From contig NC_090596.1 in NCBI RefSeq assembly GCF_000497125.1, positions 62,001 through 126,000 of the forward strand: a stretch of 64,000 nt of DNA, read 5' to 3'. Both the position numbers and the translations under genes were made by a program. The notes under the pieces were generated by a model that saw only the letters and a list, made by a program, of their open reading frames with translations, was not told the DNA's origin and ran no database searches. This DNA is from Spironucleus salmonicida. Its lineage: Eukaryota. Below are positions 1-13,690 of this stretch, one piece after another. The first letter of the stretch is position 1, and every line of letters starts with the position of its first letter.

Positions 1-1
1 T

Positions 2-3000
2 AGCTTTTCTGTAAGCTAAAGAAGTAAGAGATAGTTTATTTATTTACAAGTAAATAAATTATATATAGATAATTAGATTTCTATTACTAATTTTAAAGAC
101 ATTACAATAGATAACAATTTATTAGTATTTTAAGGATATAAGTTTAAAATTAACTAAGATATAAGAATATTTAAAGACTATCTATCTCTGTACTTCGGAA
201 AAATTGATTTTTTGAATAATTCTGTAGTCTTTAAAGAAATTTGTTCTAATATAGATATTGAATTTTATTTTAGCTAAGACTTTTTTAGAATTAATTGTTA
301 AGATAAGTAGTATTTTATTTATAATAAAAATATTGCAATAAAATAAAATAAATCTAACAAGACAGTATTTATAACTCAAGATGGTGTGCATCTGCTAAAT
401 TTATTTTACAATAATGATAATGACTTGAGATAATTTGATGTATCAATTATCTCATAAGTTAAATAGAACTAAATATAATAGTCTATGAACTATAATATAT
501 TTAATGTTGTACTTACTCATTTTTATTAGTATGATTAAATAGATAATGTTATTATATATTAACCTCTTGATAATATTACAAAATCGAAAATTCATTTTTA
601 ACAATAAGAAATAGTTGTACAAACTGATACTATTTATTAAAGTATAACCCTTTCATCTATTGAATTATTAACACTACAATATGATTCCAAATTAATAGTC
701 ATAAAATTATCAAACTCCATGTAATTATTTATGTCATTCGATTCATTACCCTTTATGGAATAATTTGTAGTGTAGCTACTTAATTTATAATCAAATTAAA
801 ACTCTCAAGCTAAAGTTCATTATGTTAATTTGTTAAATCATAATATCATTTCCAATTCCTTATAACTTGATGTTGAGACTTTAATTAATAGTATTTAAGA
901 CTTTAATAATAAAGAACAAGTATTTTAAAAAATTTGTTATATCTATCAAAACTATTAAAGAAATTTACCCTGTATCAGTAAAAATACTTAACTATTAGAA
1001 TTTATATCTAAATAAATCACCTTAGAACCTGTTACCAATGTTTAATTTATTTATTTTTAGGTATTATTATTTTTAATATCAAGTAGAGCATAGTATGAAT
1101 ATCTTTGTGGATAGAATGCCACGATATTTTAAAATTTATCTACTTATTTAATCAATAAAAATTAAAAATATCATGATCTTATGATTTGTTTATTAATTAG
1201 ATATTCATTTTCATATTAATGGTAACCTACTATATTAGAAGTTGGGGCTCGTTATGATGGACTTAATCTTTTATATTGCCTTCAATATTAACCATTCAAA
1301 TATTATAATCTTATTTCAGTGTCAAAAAAGGTATAGGGAAAATCTTCAGCATTAGCTAAAATAGGAATTCATTCTAGGTATTAATAGGGTTAAAAATATA
1401 TTATCAGTAGAACTAAAATAGAGTAATTCAACAGATTATTTATAGTTAATCAAACAAGTGACCTTATACCTAAATTAGGTAAGTTCATCGTAAATTTATA
1501 GACTTAAAGTTTTTTGATAACCTCTTTAGTATTAGGTATTCTTCAAGATATTTTAGTTACTAAAACCCATTTAGAAAAATAATAAAATGATTCTTTATTG
1601 AAGTTATAATTATTAAGAAAATAATTATTTGAACTTATCTTTGAAAATTCTAGTTATTTTATTTAGCTTACATGTTCAAATATTATAGAATTTTAAATTT
1701 CTTCAACCCTAATAATGAAATAATTTTTTCAAGAATAGTTACTTAGTACAAGTATTAAAAATTTAGTCTCTGAATAATTTTTACTAACAGGAAATTTAAT
1801 CTAACTCGTTGAGACTATACTAAAAAATGAATATGATATTTTATCGTAAATTTAGTGGAGTTTACTAAGTATTATGTATGTGTAAAATAAAAATGTGTAA
1901 AATATTGTGAATAAAATTTTGCCTATTTCTTTAACTAAAGGAATGCAAGCAGTTAATATAAAGGAAATATATAGCTAATAAAGCAAAAAATTGTAACTAA
2001 ATGGTAAAGTCAACGACATTAGACAACTATTGTACACACCTTCATACAGTTCCACATTAGTTTGGGATTTTTAAATAGCTTTAGGTGTTTAGCATTAGCT
2101 TGTTGCCTTTTTATTATAATTCAAATAATAATAAACATCTAATACAAACTTATGTCTTAATTATGAGCAACTCAATATTTCGTATCGAAGTTTATCTAAT
2201 AGGGAATTGTCATAATATGATATAGATATTCATGGATTTGTTCTAAGTTAGCTTATAGTATTTGAACCTAATATTGAATTTAATTTTATTGGGCAAAACT
2301 AAACTGAATATTATCTAATATAATAAATAGATAGACCTTTTAAGTAATTAAAATTCTTAATTTAAAATGTAAACCCGTAAAAAGTAGCTGATATTTATTA
2401 TAGTTCTTTTATTTAAGAAATTAATGATTTCGAAATCAAATAAGTTCTTATTTATGTTCTTAATACAATTTACTTATAATTCAATGTATAATTCAACTAT
2501 TTTAATGAATTTACAAGCGATATTATTGAACAAATATAAAAATAAAAATATGGACTAGTCTTATATTAATTATATTTTCTTGAAACACTTTGTTATTAAT
2601 AATAATAAAATGATGTTTTAAAGCGAAATAACTTCTTTGGTTTAGTTAATAACAAACTTATTTCCTCCTTATACATAAATATACTTTCTTCTACATAATT
2701 ATTAAAATAAGATAATGCATTACTTATACCAAACTCTAAGCTAATTTATAACTCTACGTATCACAACTTATATGAAGTATCATATAGACTAATATACTAT
2801 ACGTTATTTTATTTAAACTAACATTTAGAATAGTATTCCTCATTTCCTTTTCCAATAATTATAACATTATGCAAATCGTAATGTCTACTAATATCTTTAT
2901 ATAATACAGTGATTGAGCTGTTTATTGGGCATTCTAATTCTCCTATGTTTATTTAAATATGTTAACTAATGAATCTAATTGTTACTATATTTCCTTCTTA

Positions 3001-6000
3001 AATTCAATAAATTATTGATATCGGATTCATATAGTTATTCTTAAGTAATTAATTCGGCGTAATTGAAAATGTTCATATATTTTGTCTTATAAAAAAGTTG
3101 ATATCTATATCCTCCGGCTTATAAATTTTACAAAGCTATTTACCTATCTCTTTTGTTTATTACATATAAAACAATACTGAGTAATTAGTGGCTGATATAT
3201 TTTGCACTCCTTTTTGTCTTTAACTCAATTGCTTCTTTAGTAATAATTTGAGGTAATAGCTATAAAAACATTTGAAAACTTAATTATAATAAATTTCTAT
3301 TCATTATTTATCTGAAAATGTTATCGACAACGATACTATCTATAAATTAGAATTAAAATTCAAAGATTGTGCTAAAACCACTATTAAGTTTGATAATATC
3401 AAGGTATTAAACTTTAAATCGATGATCTATATTGAATTAATCGATAAATAAAAATATATTTATTATTTTAGTATGCTTTCACCAGATAATTATGAGAATG
3501 ATCAAGTTTCCATATTCCATGAATAAATGATTCAGAAATTTTAAACAGATATTAATATCTCAAAGGTTAAAGTTTATTTTGAATAATTACTATGTTTTGA
3601 AGAGGAAAAACATCGTCTAGACCTATTATCTTTAGATTTCTTCCAAATTGGTATGCCATATTATCATTAGACAATAAAGTTATTAATCATTGTTTTTTTA
3701 ACGAAAATCTAATTGGAACTAGACTTTATAAATCAAAATTCGAGAGAATACGAAGATACTTAAAAAATATTGTCTACATATATAAAATAAACTGGTGGTA
3801 CTGGAAAACTTTTACTTTAAACTAAATAAATTGGTTAACTGCCTGATTATTACTTAAAAATAATAACTAATAAATCTTATGAATTATTATAGATAATTAA
3901 TATTATTTTATAAGTACATGCTTAGTTTTTAGATTAATTTTAAAATCTTGAAATGACTAATTTTAAGGCTTTTGAAAACTTAAGTCATTCTATTGACCTA
4001 TTAATCTACCTTTAATAAATTAATTTCACTGAAATTATTCAAATTTTAAATAAATTTAATAGTCTTATGGATAATGAGATACTTTAAGTAAACAAGGCAT
4101 TATGTGAGCAGAAGAAAGCATAATATTATGAGACCATATTTTAATTAGAAATTAATATTATGAAAAGAGCTACATGTTATACTGAACTAGATGATATTAT
4201 TATCCATTGTCATTAAATTATACTTAATGAAATCATGAAATAAAATCTTATCATTCTTGAAAATTTAAACTATAATTTACTCATATAGATTTTAGAAACA
4301 TCTCTCAATTTATTATATTTTAATAAAATAAATGAGTTATCAGGCTTATATCTCGAATAGTTATTTACATTCATAAAATATCTAAGTGTATCTAAAGAAT
4401 TATCTCTGCCTTTATAATAATCAAAAATTTTTATATTTCTTATCTTATATGCATATAAGTAAAATAGTTTAGCCCCTTTCATTCTTGGAAACTTAATGAA
4501 ATATTAACAAAATAATGAGGTGATATAATAGTTCTCGTATCTAGGCTATTTACTATCTCACAACGTAGTACCAGAATCATTCAATAGTGAATTACTACGA
4601 AATGTATACACGGATAGAATAGTGTATACATAATAGTTATAATAAGGTATTATTAAATATTTAGAGGATTTAACTCAGTTATAGGATTATTAATATGATA
4701 ATATATAATTTTCGTGTTAATAATATACCACTTTTCATTATTTCTATAAGAATTATTGTTTCACATCAATTCTTACCTTAATTTATAATCAATTTGGTTC
4801 TAAATTCACTAATTTTTACGAATAAATATATAAAATATCATCTAATGAATAAATATTGGTTAACCTAATTAATTTTTATAAAGAAAATTATAACTTTTAC
4901 CAAGAATTTAACTAGAAAGTTGATACCTTTGATTCCTAATTTTAACAAGTTGGAAATCCACTAATAAGAATGTAAAGTGTATATCTCTCTATTATATTGC
5001 GTCTAGTATATTAGCAGACTGATTTTATTCCACTTCTGTAAACATGGTTTATTGAACACCTATTAATTTTATCTGTTTAAAATACGTATGATCATGATTA
5101 AGAAATCCTATCTGAATAGGCTTCTATATTACTAACCTTAATAGATTATGAATAAAATGAAAATTATAATCTTTTAATTAAATATAATAGTCAATTATTA
5201 ATGGTGTTACTTGAGTACACAAAAATATACAACTATAGTATTTGTTTTTTGTTAAAAGATTAATATACTTAATAAATTAATTAATCATTGGAATAATCAT
5301 AATTTTAGTTAATTAATTTGTCAACTATCCCAAAAACTAGCTACATTTTAACAAAGAAATCATTTATTTAATATTTACTGTAATATACAACTAAATAAGA
5401 ATAAATCATTTGCTATTGTGATCTTATATAGCTTTATTTACTGATTAAATCTTTAAATTTAAGTACCGATTATAATATATTAATTACAGATGATGATTAC
5501 ATATTAAAGTCAGCAATCAGCTAATTATAAAAAATTATGTCTATTAGTACGTTTTTAAAATAAATACTACCGATTCCATTATAATTAGCCATTTTAAATG
5601 GAGATTTATAGCATATTTTTAAGGTTTTTAACACTAGTGTAGAGCTACCCTCATTTGTTTGGAATAGTACATGTACATAATAGCTTCTGTTACTGTTAGA
5701 AGATGTTATTAGTAACAAAATTATTCCAAATCTTTTCTTAACATAAAATATTTTGTAAGATCAAGATTTTAATTATTACAATGTTATTGACTATATTGTT
5801 TAATTTTATACCTAAAGTTTAACATTATATAGTAATGTTTTTATCAACATATATAATGAGCAATCATTAAATAAAATCGTTAACCTTCCATAGCCAAATA
5901 TTTTTATTACTGATATTTTAGAATTTATTACGAATGAAACCTTTATAAATTTGGGATAAGAGACTGTTATAAATTTTATCACTGCTTTTTATAACGTTAT

Positions 6001-6874
6001 TCGTCAGCAACCTGTATTTATTTATACTCTTATAGAAAATCCTAACTTTGATAAATTTATTAATTTAATTTTCACTAAAAATTAATGGTTACCAACATAT
6101 TCGATAGATAATATTCAAACTGTGCTACAATATACATCTACTATCTTAGAAACAATGTTAAATTTTTCTTTTGATTACTCAAAAATTATTTCAAAGCAAA
6201 CTTTTGTTTAGTTATATAAAATTATTCTTTTAAATATTTCAGAATTATCCATCGTTGATATAGATAATAGTATAACTTAATACAAACAAGACTTATTGCT
6301 ATAACTAATTAGTATATCATCATTACTCCTTCAAAATCCAGATTATAGACTTTATTTTTAAAGGACTTTATTCGGATATCTCTCCAATAGTAAAATTTAC
6401 GGACCATTTACATTATATTTAATTCTAATTTAAACAACATTTTCCTCTTCTATCCGCTATTTCGCAGCATCAGCACTCGAAACTGTATTGTTATCATCAG
6501 TTGACACAATGCAAGAAATTACAAATATACTTTAAAATGAAAACTTTATTGAATTACGTTAGGCATTCGTAGAATTAGAAATAAGTTATCTTGGTGATAA
6601 CCTCCCAGTGCCACGTATTTCTCTTTAGGCAATCTTATAGTAGTAAAGAATATAGAAGCCAAATTTAGATAATTTTACTTAAGCTGACTCCTTAAATGCT
6701 CTTAATTGTTTTAATGAGGTAGGACCGATTCCATGTTAAAATAGTGTTATCTTGAGCCAATTTTTATCACATTAACCTGCTGGAATGTCTTTGAAATAAG
6801 TACTGGAGGATTACTAAGAAATAGTTATATTAAATCAGATTTTATAATTTTCAAAAGAACAAATTATATAGTGA
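2..6874 (+). CDS. RME-8/DNAJC13-like endosomal protein (5' truncated, >=2290 aa, code 6)
   Basis: Frame +2 to TGA 6872-6874. Degenerate IWN repeats: STLVWDFQ..LCLNYEQLNISYRSL..IDIHGFVLSQLI (~2050); LQSYLPISFVYYIQNNTEQLVADIF (~3130); LKQILPIPL..FNTSVELPSFVWNST (~5560-5670). Central J-like segment YFSMLSPDNYE (~3480). Confidence 0.7.
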
Positions 6875-6894
6875 TTTTTGAAGAATATCTTTTT

Positions 6895-7773
6895 TCACTC
6901 ATTCACATTTGTGAATTATATTTCCCGCCAGTTTAATAAAGGCTCTGATCCAAATTAAATTGCATTTTCTTGTTTACTAACAGTAAATAATATGTACTGT
7001 TCTTATCTGTTTTTTTCTTAAAGGCTACCAATTTTACCATAAAATTCAGTAGAGACATGTCTTACTTAAATATAATAATTACGGATTTCTAGTTCTTCTA
7101 AGAATTTTAGCGGCCCTATACCTCTAAATAATGAAAGAATTTCCCAAAATACACCGTTGTCTGCTAAATATATTTCAATAGTATTAACAAGCTCAATATA
7201 ATTTACCAATGAATATGTTAACTCAGAGCCATATATAAGCTCAAATTTTTGATTTTATGGTTATTTTCTAGCTAAAAATTAACCAGGTGGCATATAGCTA
7301 TTTATTACATGTCCATCTGCTAATACAAGTTCTTCGTGTGGTTCATACCAATTTAAATAACCTGCAGAGCAATTAGAAATAATTTGCTAACCAGAAATAA
7401 CAAAATTATCAATATCAACTTTTTTATCAAAAAACTCTTGGGCGCGTTCTTTGGCTTCAAACGAATTTGTCCAAATATTATATTAAAGATTTTCTATGAT
7501 AGGTAACATATAATCTGTCATAATAGTAGGAATTTATTAGCCGACAACTAAACCTAATAATCCTGAACCTGATCCTAACTCTAAAGAATTTTAAAATTTT
7601 AAATCCATCCTCTCAATCATTCTGGCTGCAATCACTGCAGCATCCCAAGTCCCACCTCCAACCCATGCAGTTGCTAATGGCACTTCTCTAATGAAAAGTT
7701 ATGATTTTTAAAGTTTGATAGTCTATCGCTTAAATTTTTACTTATTTTTAGCAAGCAAAAATGCAAGATCCAT
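6895..7773 (-). CDS. SAM-dependent protein lysine methyltransferase, family 16 (METTL21/EFM-like), 292 aa
   Basis: Motifs GGGTWDAAVIAA, LELGSGSGLLGL, IMTDY, LNW, FELIYGSELTY. Confidence 0.85.
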
Positions 7774-7884
7774 TAGGAATGGGAAATATAAAATACCAGT
7801 ATTATATATTAATAATTAAAAATATTATTTTGATGTAACATAAAGATAAAAAGTATAAGCATATATATTAATTATAGCAATAAT

Positions 7885-8667
7885 TCACTCAAAAACTTGT
7901 GTATTCTAAGTTTATTTTAAATTTAACACTTGAATGATATTCTAGCACTGAGCTAAAAGGCTTTTTTTATTAGTATCATTAATTAAACTAATATTAACCA
8001 ATAAATTTTATAATCCTTATTTTACCTTGATGGTACTGCTTTAGTTCTAACTTTAAGTAACCAAAGAATTAATGACTTCATCTTTCTCATAAACTTCTTT
8101 TTTTAATTCCTAAACAAGAGTCTTCATCTAAAATAAAATTTTCTCATTTTTCTTCTATTGCTCTCTATATAAGGCCAGTTTTTAATTTTTCGGCTTTTTT
8201 TAAAGCAAATATTATTTAACTTCTAACGTTTGGGCCTTTTGTATTTCAACCTGATTTTAAGCTGCTAAAATTTCAAAATATCCTTGATTCTTTTAGGTTG
8301 ATTATTATATTACCATAGACTATAATAATGCACTGGAATTTAAATTAGATTCGCAAAATTTATTATTTTCATCAGATAATATTTCATTTGAAATTTATAG
8401 TGAATCTATTTAATCTTGCATGATCTAAATAATCGCTTCTTTTTCTAAAAAATCAGCTTATAATTAAAAATTAAACTTATTAGGTTAGAAATTAGATGTT
8501 GACTTTTCTAGATTTTCTATTTTTCTGATAATTTCAATATGATTTTACAATAAATCGATTTTAACTGACTTCAACTCCTATTTTATAGATGTTAATTATA
8601 TGCTGGTAATATTGCTTTTATATAAAGGTCTATATGAGTTTTTTAGATCAGAGACAAAAAGGTTCAT
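7885..8667 (-). CDS. Hypothetical coiled-coil protein, 260 aa
   Basis: ATG at 8667 (MNLFVSDLK) in frame with GAGTGA stop; K/E/Q-rich. Confidence 0.7.
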
Positions 8668-8710
8668 TAATCCAAGCGCAATAATATATATAAATAAATA
8701 TACAATATAG

Positions 8711-9550
8711 TCACTTATTTATAATTAACAATAGTAGTTATAAATCTTTTTTAATATTAGGATTATTAAGAATAATTTGGTCAATTATTTTAGTAAGTTA
8801 AATCTGCTTTAACTAGTATTAGTTAAGTAAAACTTAAGTTGACTATAATTGCTAAGTAGTCCTTTGTTATAACTATTATTAACTAATTGCGGATGTAGTA
8901 ATAAACTTAATACCTTCATCAACTTATGTTGACTTTTTCTTTAAAGGATATTTATCTTATCTAGTCTTTATATTTGTCATATCTTCTAAATAATACCCAC
9001 CTTATAGACAATAAAATCCATCTGTATTTGTAGGATTTCTGGTCATTTTATATTATTCTATATCTTCCTTAATTACAACAGTAATCTATCGAAAATCTAA
9101 TTCATCCCCTGATAGTTTGGAATCAGCTATCATGTTTTTCGGATTGAACTTATGTCGCTTATTATCTTATTAAATCTATATCCCATTATCTTATGAGGTT
9201 GTTATATGTTAAATGAGCTTAGATAAAGTACTCTTTTCTTCAACTAAAAGAGCTTAGTTTAATTTAAGCTCTTAGCACTCTATTAATAACGATTCATATT
9301 ATTCTTTTAACTAAATAAATGACACTTACTCTTGAAAATTATTTTTAGCTTCATACTATTCTTAGCTTAATATAAGAACAAGTTATTATTAGTACTGTCT
9401 TTAAATGTCAGAAATCGTTAATTATACTTTTTTTCTATAGCTTTGAAACTAATTCAAAAAAGATTACTTCTCTTATTTAAATTTTTGTTATTGCATATGT
9501 AGTAAATTATACAGTAGTTGAATCTGATAACCGGAATCAAACTTTTGCAT
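8711..9550 (-). CDS. Hypothetical Q/K/E-rich protein, 279 aa
   Basis: MQKFDSGYQIQLL... in frame with AAGTGA stop at 8711. Confidence 0.7.
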
Positions 9551-9605
9551 TTTCTTTTTATAATAATAAAATATAATAATAATAATAACTAGAAAATAGA
9601 AAATA

Positions 9606-9908
9606 TCACTTACATTTAATTTTTCTATCAAGTAAGCTAACATGTGTATGTTTCCTTTAGTTAATATCGAGTAACCATCTTGGTACATCACTATTGTATA
9701 ATTAAAGATTTCTATTTAACGGTTCGGACATGGTTATTGAGTTAAAGTCCTCATCCATTTCTTTGTATAACCTTTACTTTATTCTCGCTGAAAATTTAGT
9801 TGCAAACTCAGTTTTCAAATCACCAGTCGAATTATATGGTAAAAACTTTCCTTACAATCCCTAAATAAGTCGTATATTTACTACCTCATCACACTTTTTG
9901 AAGTCCAT
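9606..9908 (-). CDS. Hypothetical protein, 100 aa
   Basis: MDFKKCDEVVNIRLIQGLQGKFLPY...RKIKCK*, AAGTGA stop context. Confidence 0.6.
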
Positions 9909-9939
9909 TTTTATAAAATTAATTAGTATATATTTGTAT

Positions 9940-10674
9940 TCACTTTTTATTCCCTTCAATAATTTTTAATTTATCGTCGTACTTCAGGCACCTCTTAACT
10001 AATATTTTTAAATCTTCATTTTATAACTAAATCTGTTGCTATAAATGTAAATTTTCTTTTTTCAAATCATTTTCTTTTTGAACGCCTAATCTTCTATCCA
10101 AAACGTTGTTTTCCAGTTTCTCAAGTCTCTGAACAACCAATCCCTCTTAAATTTCACGCTAAGCGCTTGATAACTCACATTTAAGCCCAGAAATGATGTT
10201 GTTAAGCTGCAAAATTGCACTACTTTCGTATTCATCATTTTGAACTTTTACGGCACCAATTACGTCATTTAACGATTTTTCGTGTTACAATTTCAATTCA
10301 AAATTATCTTTTCGCTCCTTTTTCAATAACTGGAGTAAATTTTTACTCACAGTTTCTGTTTTTTCGAGCAGGTTTTTGCAGTTTTGATACTCCAATCTAA
10401 CTTTTTCAGAGGCTTATTAGTCACTCAAAAGCTTCAAAATTTAATCCTGAGAATCGATCAGCTTTTGGAGGTTTTGAGCGCAAAATTCACAGTTTGTTGG
10501 CTTTTTGTTTTGGATTTGATCAAATTGGAATGGCAAAGAGGGTTTTAAAATGCCCGATTTTGCCTTTTCATGATCGTACGACTTCATCACGTAAGGAATA
10601 TAGTACTGCGCGTTCTGCTGGCTGCGTTTATAGTCTATGGCATTCAATTTGATGGTTGCTTCTGCTAATTCCAT
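9940..10674 (-). CDS. Hypothetical coiled-coil protein, 244 aa
   Basis: Extends track ORF 10441-10674 through TAA/TAG to AAGTGA; CxxC (CEFC) followed by heptad-like sequence. Confidence 0.75.
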
Positions 10675-11936
10675 TTTTACAAATATATTATTATATATAA
10701 ATCTATATGGAAACTGTACTTTAAATAGTTCATTTTACGGTTAAATTATATAGTTGGCAAGCTGTGAATTCAGCATAACAATTTCTATAATAAAATGATG
10801 GGTTTTGGGGAGAATCTTGATAAAATTGGAACATAAAATTATGAGAAAGTCACACCATTTAGTTCTATTAACTTTGAATTAAACTTGGTAGAAATACTCT
10901 AAATATACGTTATATATTAAAGCGTTCCAAATATAGATAACATCATCGTCTTAATCTGAATGCATATAATTTCATAATTTTTTTATTATAAATAAAAATA
11001 AAGCAAACTGGTAATGAGTACTTTAATTCACCTGATGTTATATAATTTGTTAAATCTTATTTTAAGTATTATGTAGATTTTTATGTAATTGTAATTAGAA
11101 TAATTTTTAATATTATTTTCTGAGAAATTAAACATATTGTATTAATATAAGATTTTATTATTCATTATCAATATTAAAAAAATAATACACTAGGACAAAA
11201 TTCCAATTTAGCTGCGTTTTGTATCAGTAATTATCTAAATAACGTTAATATCAAATAGATTATAATATTTCCAATTAAATCAAATATATTTGACACAGAT
11301 TTAGTAATAGTGGTAATTATATCAATATTTAATTTATTTCATACTGATTAATTGCTAGTTTACTGTTTAACTATGATTAATATTGTATTCTTTAGTAATG
11401 ATATTAGAGACATCTAAATATATATAAATTAATTCTTATAAAGAAAGCGTTGATATATAAATTACAATATAATGCATAAAATTATAATATTTTGTAAATA
11501 ACCTTAATTAGTGTAATTTGCTAAAGAATAACATATTAAATTATACTTTTTATTAAATTATATACTAATTTATATGATATAAAGTAATGATGAATAAATA
11601 CTATTTAGTTGCTTTATAAAATACATATTTTAAATAAAAATATGTTATTTATTATTAATTATGTCTAGTAAATAAGCGGTAATAATTGCTAATTTGTAGA
11701 TTTTCGTAATAAACACATAATATTAGGATATAAATTAATCATGGCAGTTTAATATAAGTTATTAAAATAAAAATACTTTATATTTGAATATATTTAATCT
11801 TATGCACATAGTTAGCTCTTAATATTTGTATGCTAAGGTAATGCAAGTAAAAATTATATCATATAAAAGTCTAAATTATCATTTAAGTGAATAATTTTGA
11901 TAGTAAATAATGCATACATACACAGATATAAATATA

Positions 11937-13619
11937 TCACAACACAAATCGCCAAACTTCAATTTCATCTAACTCAATAGTCTCATAACCGCCGATACTT
12001 TCCCCTTAGAACAAAGGTGGTGACGAGAATGTATCACAATATGCAGATTATACTTCTCTTAATTATTTAACAACATGAATAGCAGGCCCTTTCCCTCCTA
12101 TTGTGAGTGAATGCGGTGAACTATGTGCAAATATTTTTGCGTCCTATGTAGATTCAAAAAAATTAAGCTCTCCGTTAATATTCGAGAAGCATATCAGTTA
12201 TTTCTAAGAAAATTAAGTATTTAATTTAAATTCAGAGAAAAAACATCCAAACTTCTGCAACTTTGATCTAAATATTAGCATCCAGTTAGGAGCTAAGTGG
12301 TCTGGTAAAATTTAAAGTCTTTCTTAAAATTAGTCAACTACCCACGATAAAATACCGACTTCAGATTTTTTAAAAGATTCATATATATTTTGCAAGTATC
12401 TACCATCTTAAGAACATTAATATTGAATAAATATTTTCATTTAACTAAATTCAGACGGAATATTATTAAAAATTACCTCTAGCTCATCTTAAGCAAAAAT
12501 TTTTGACTCACGATCTACAAAATAATTAATCTAGTTACTATACTCAGAACAATCTATATCAAATCCTTATGTAGCATTTAAAAGATTGTAAATTGACCCA
12601 ACAACCAAATCTTGACTATTTTCATGACCATTTGATGAAGCTTAACACATATCAAACGATAAGTTAATTTAATCAGACTTTGGTATAAATTATTTTACTG
12701 AAAATTAAATATCATCATCTGATACAATTTCATATAAATATTCAGATAAGATATCCGCTGGTAACTTTTAACCTGATAAATTACCTGTTCTATTGAAACT
12801 TTCTAGATATTCATATTTATTAGTAAAATTACATGCACTTTTTTTATCGTATTTTTTGGAATTTGTTTTTCTTTTAATTTATCTAGTATTGTGTTATGAT
12901 AGTAGCATTATCTATTCTGATGCAGATAGTTTTGATACATTTTTAATATGAGCCTTTTTATTTAACTTATAAGATTGTCTTTTAAATAACAGCTATGGCT
13001 AAGTATTGGTTTATGTTAATTACTAAACAGTTTTATCAATGTTATAAGGTTTGCTAAAGACATGATACTCGAAATCTTCAGTCCCAGACGTTTCTATGAT
13101 TAAATTATCTTTATCAATTTCGTTATATTTCACAATGAAAAGAATTATCTCTTGATAGATAGTAACTATATTTTAACATGTACTAGAAAAAATAAATTTT
13201 TCACCATTGTAAGTAATAATATCTATGGTATTCTCATAGAACAAACCTTATAACTCTTTCATTACCTATATGGGATCTTATAAAAATTCTTTAAATATGG
13301 ATGGGTCATAGTATTTTGTTTTTTAACCAGCACCTCTCAGTATAAAATATTCTTTATTTTCATCAATTTAATATCTAACTGTTGCTCTACGAAGTAATAA
13401 TAAATGGTCTATTTATATCTTTCTAAAAGCGATTTTTTCGATACTTTCGAGAGGCAGTAATACCTATAAGTTAACCTAACTTTACAAACTAGAAAAAACT
13501 AAAACACTGCCTCCTACTCTTAGTTTTCCAAATGCAATAGATTTATTTACAAGTCTTATTGCCGGTATAGATAAATTGCTAATGCCAGGTAAAATAGTTT
13601 TGATTTCTTATTTCTTCAT
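11937..13619 (-). CDS. TLDc-domain protein (OXR1/NCOA7-like), 560 aa
   Basis: C-terminal LPDHLAPNWMLIFRS..HSLTIGGKGPAIHV..SAYCDTFSSPPL..LDEIEVWRF is typical of the TLDc domain. Confidence 0.75.
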
Positions 13620-13690
13620 TAATATAGAACTGCGTATAACATATTATAATTAATATATTATTTGAAATAAATCAATTTAATAATAACAAT

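Noticed and set aside
11014..11376. 120-codon hydrophobic ORF in the long gap
   Set aside because: I/L/F/Y/Q composition is what random AT-rich DNA gives under a one-stop code; no motif or AGTGA context.
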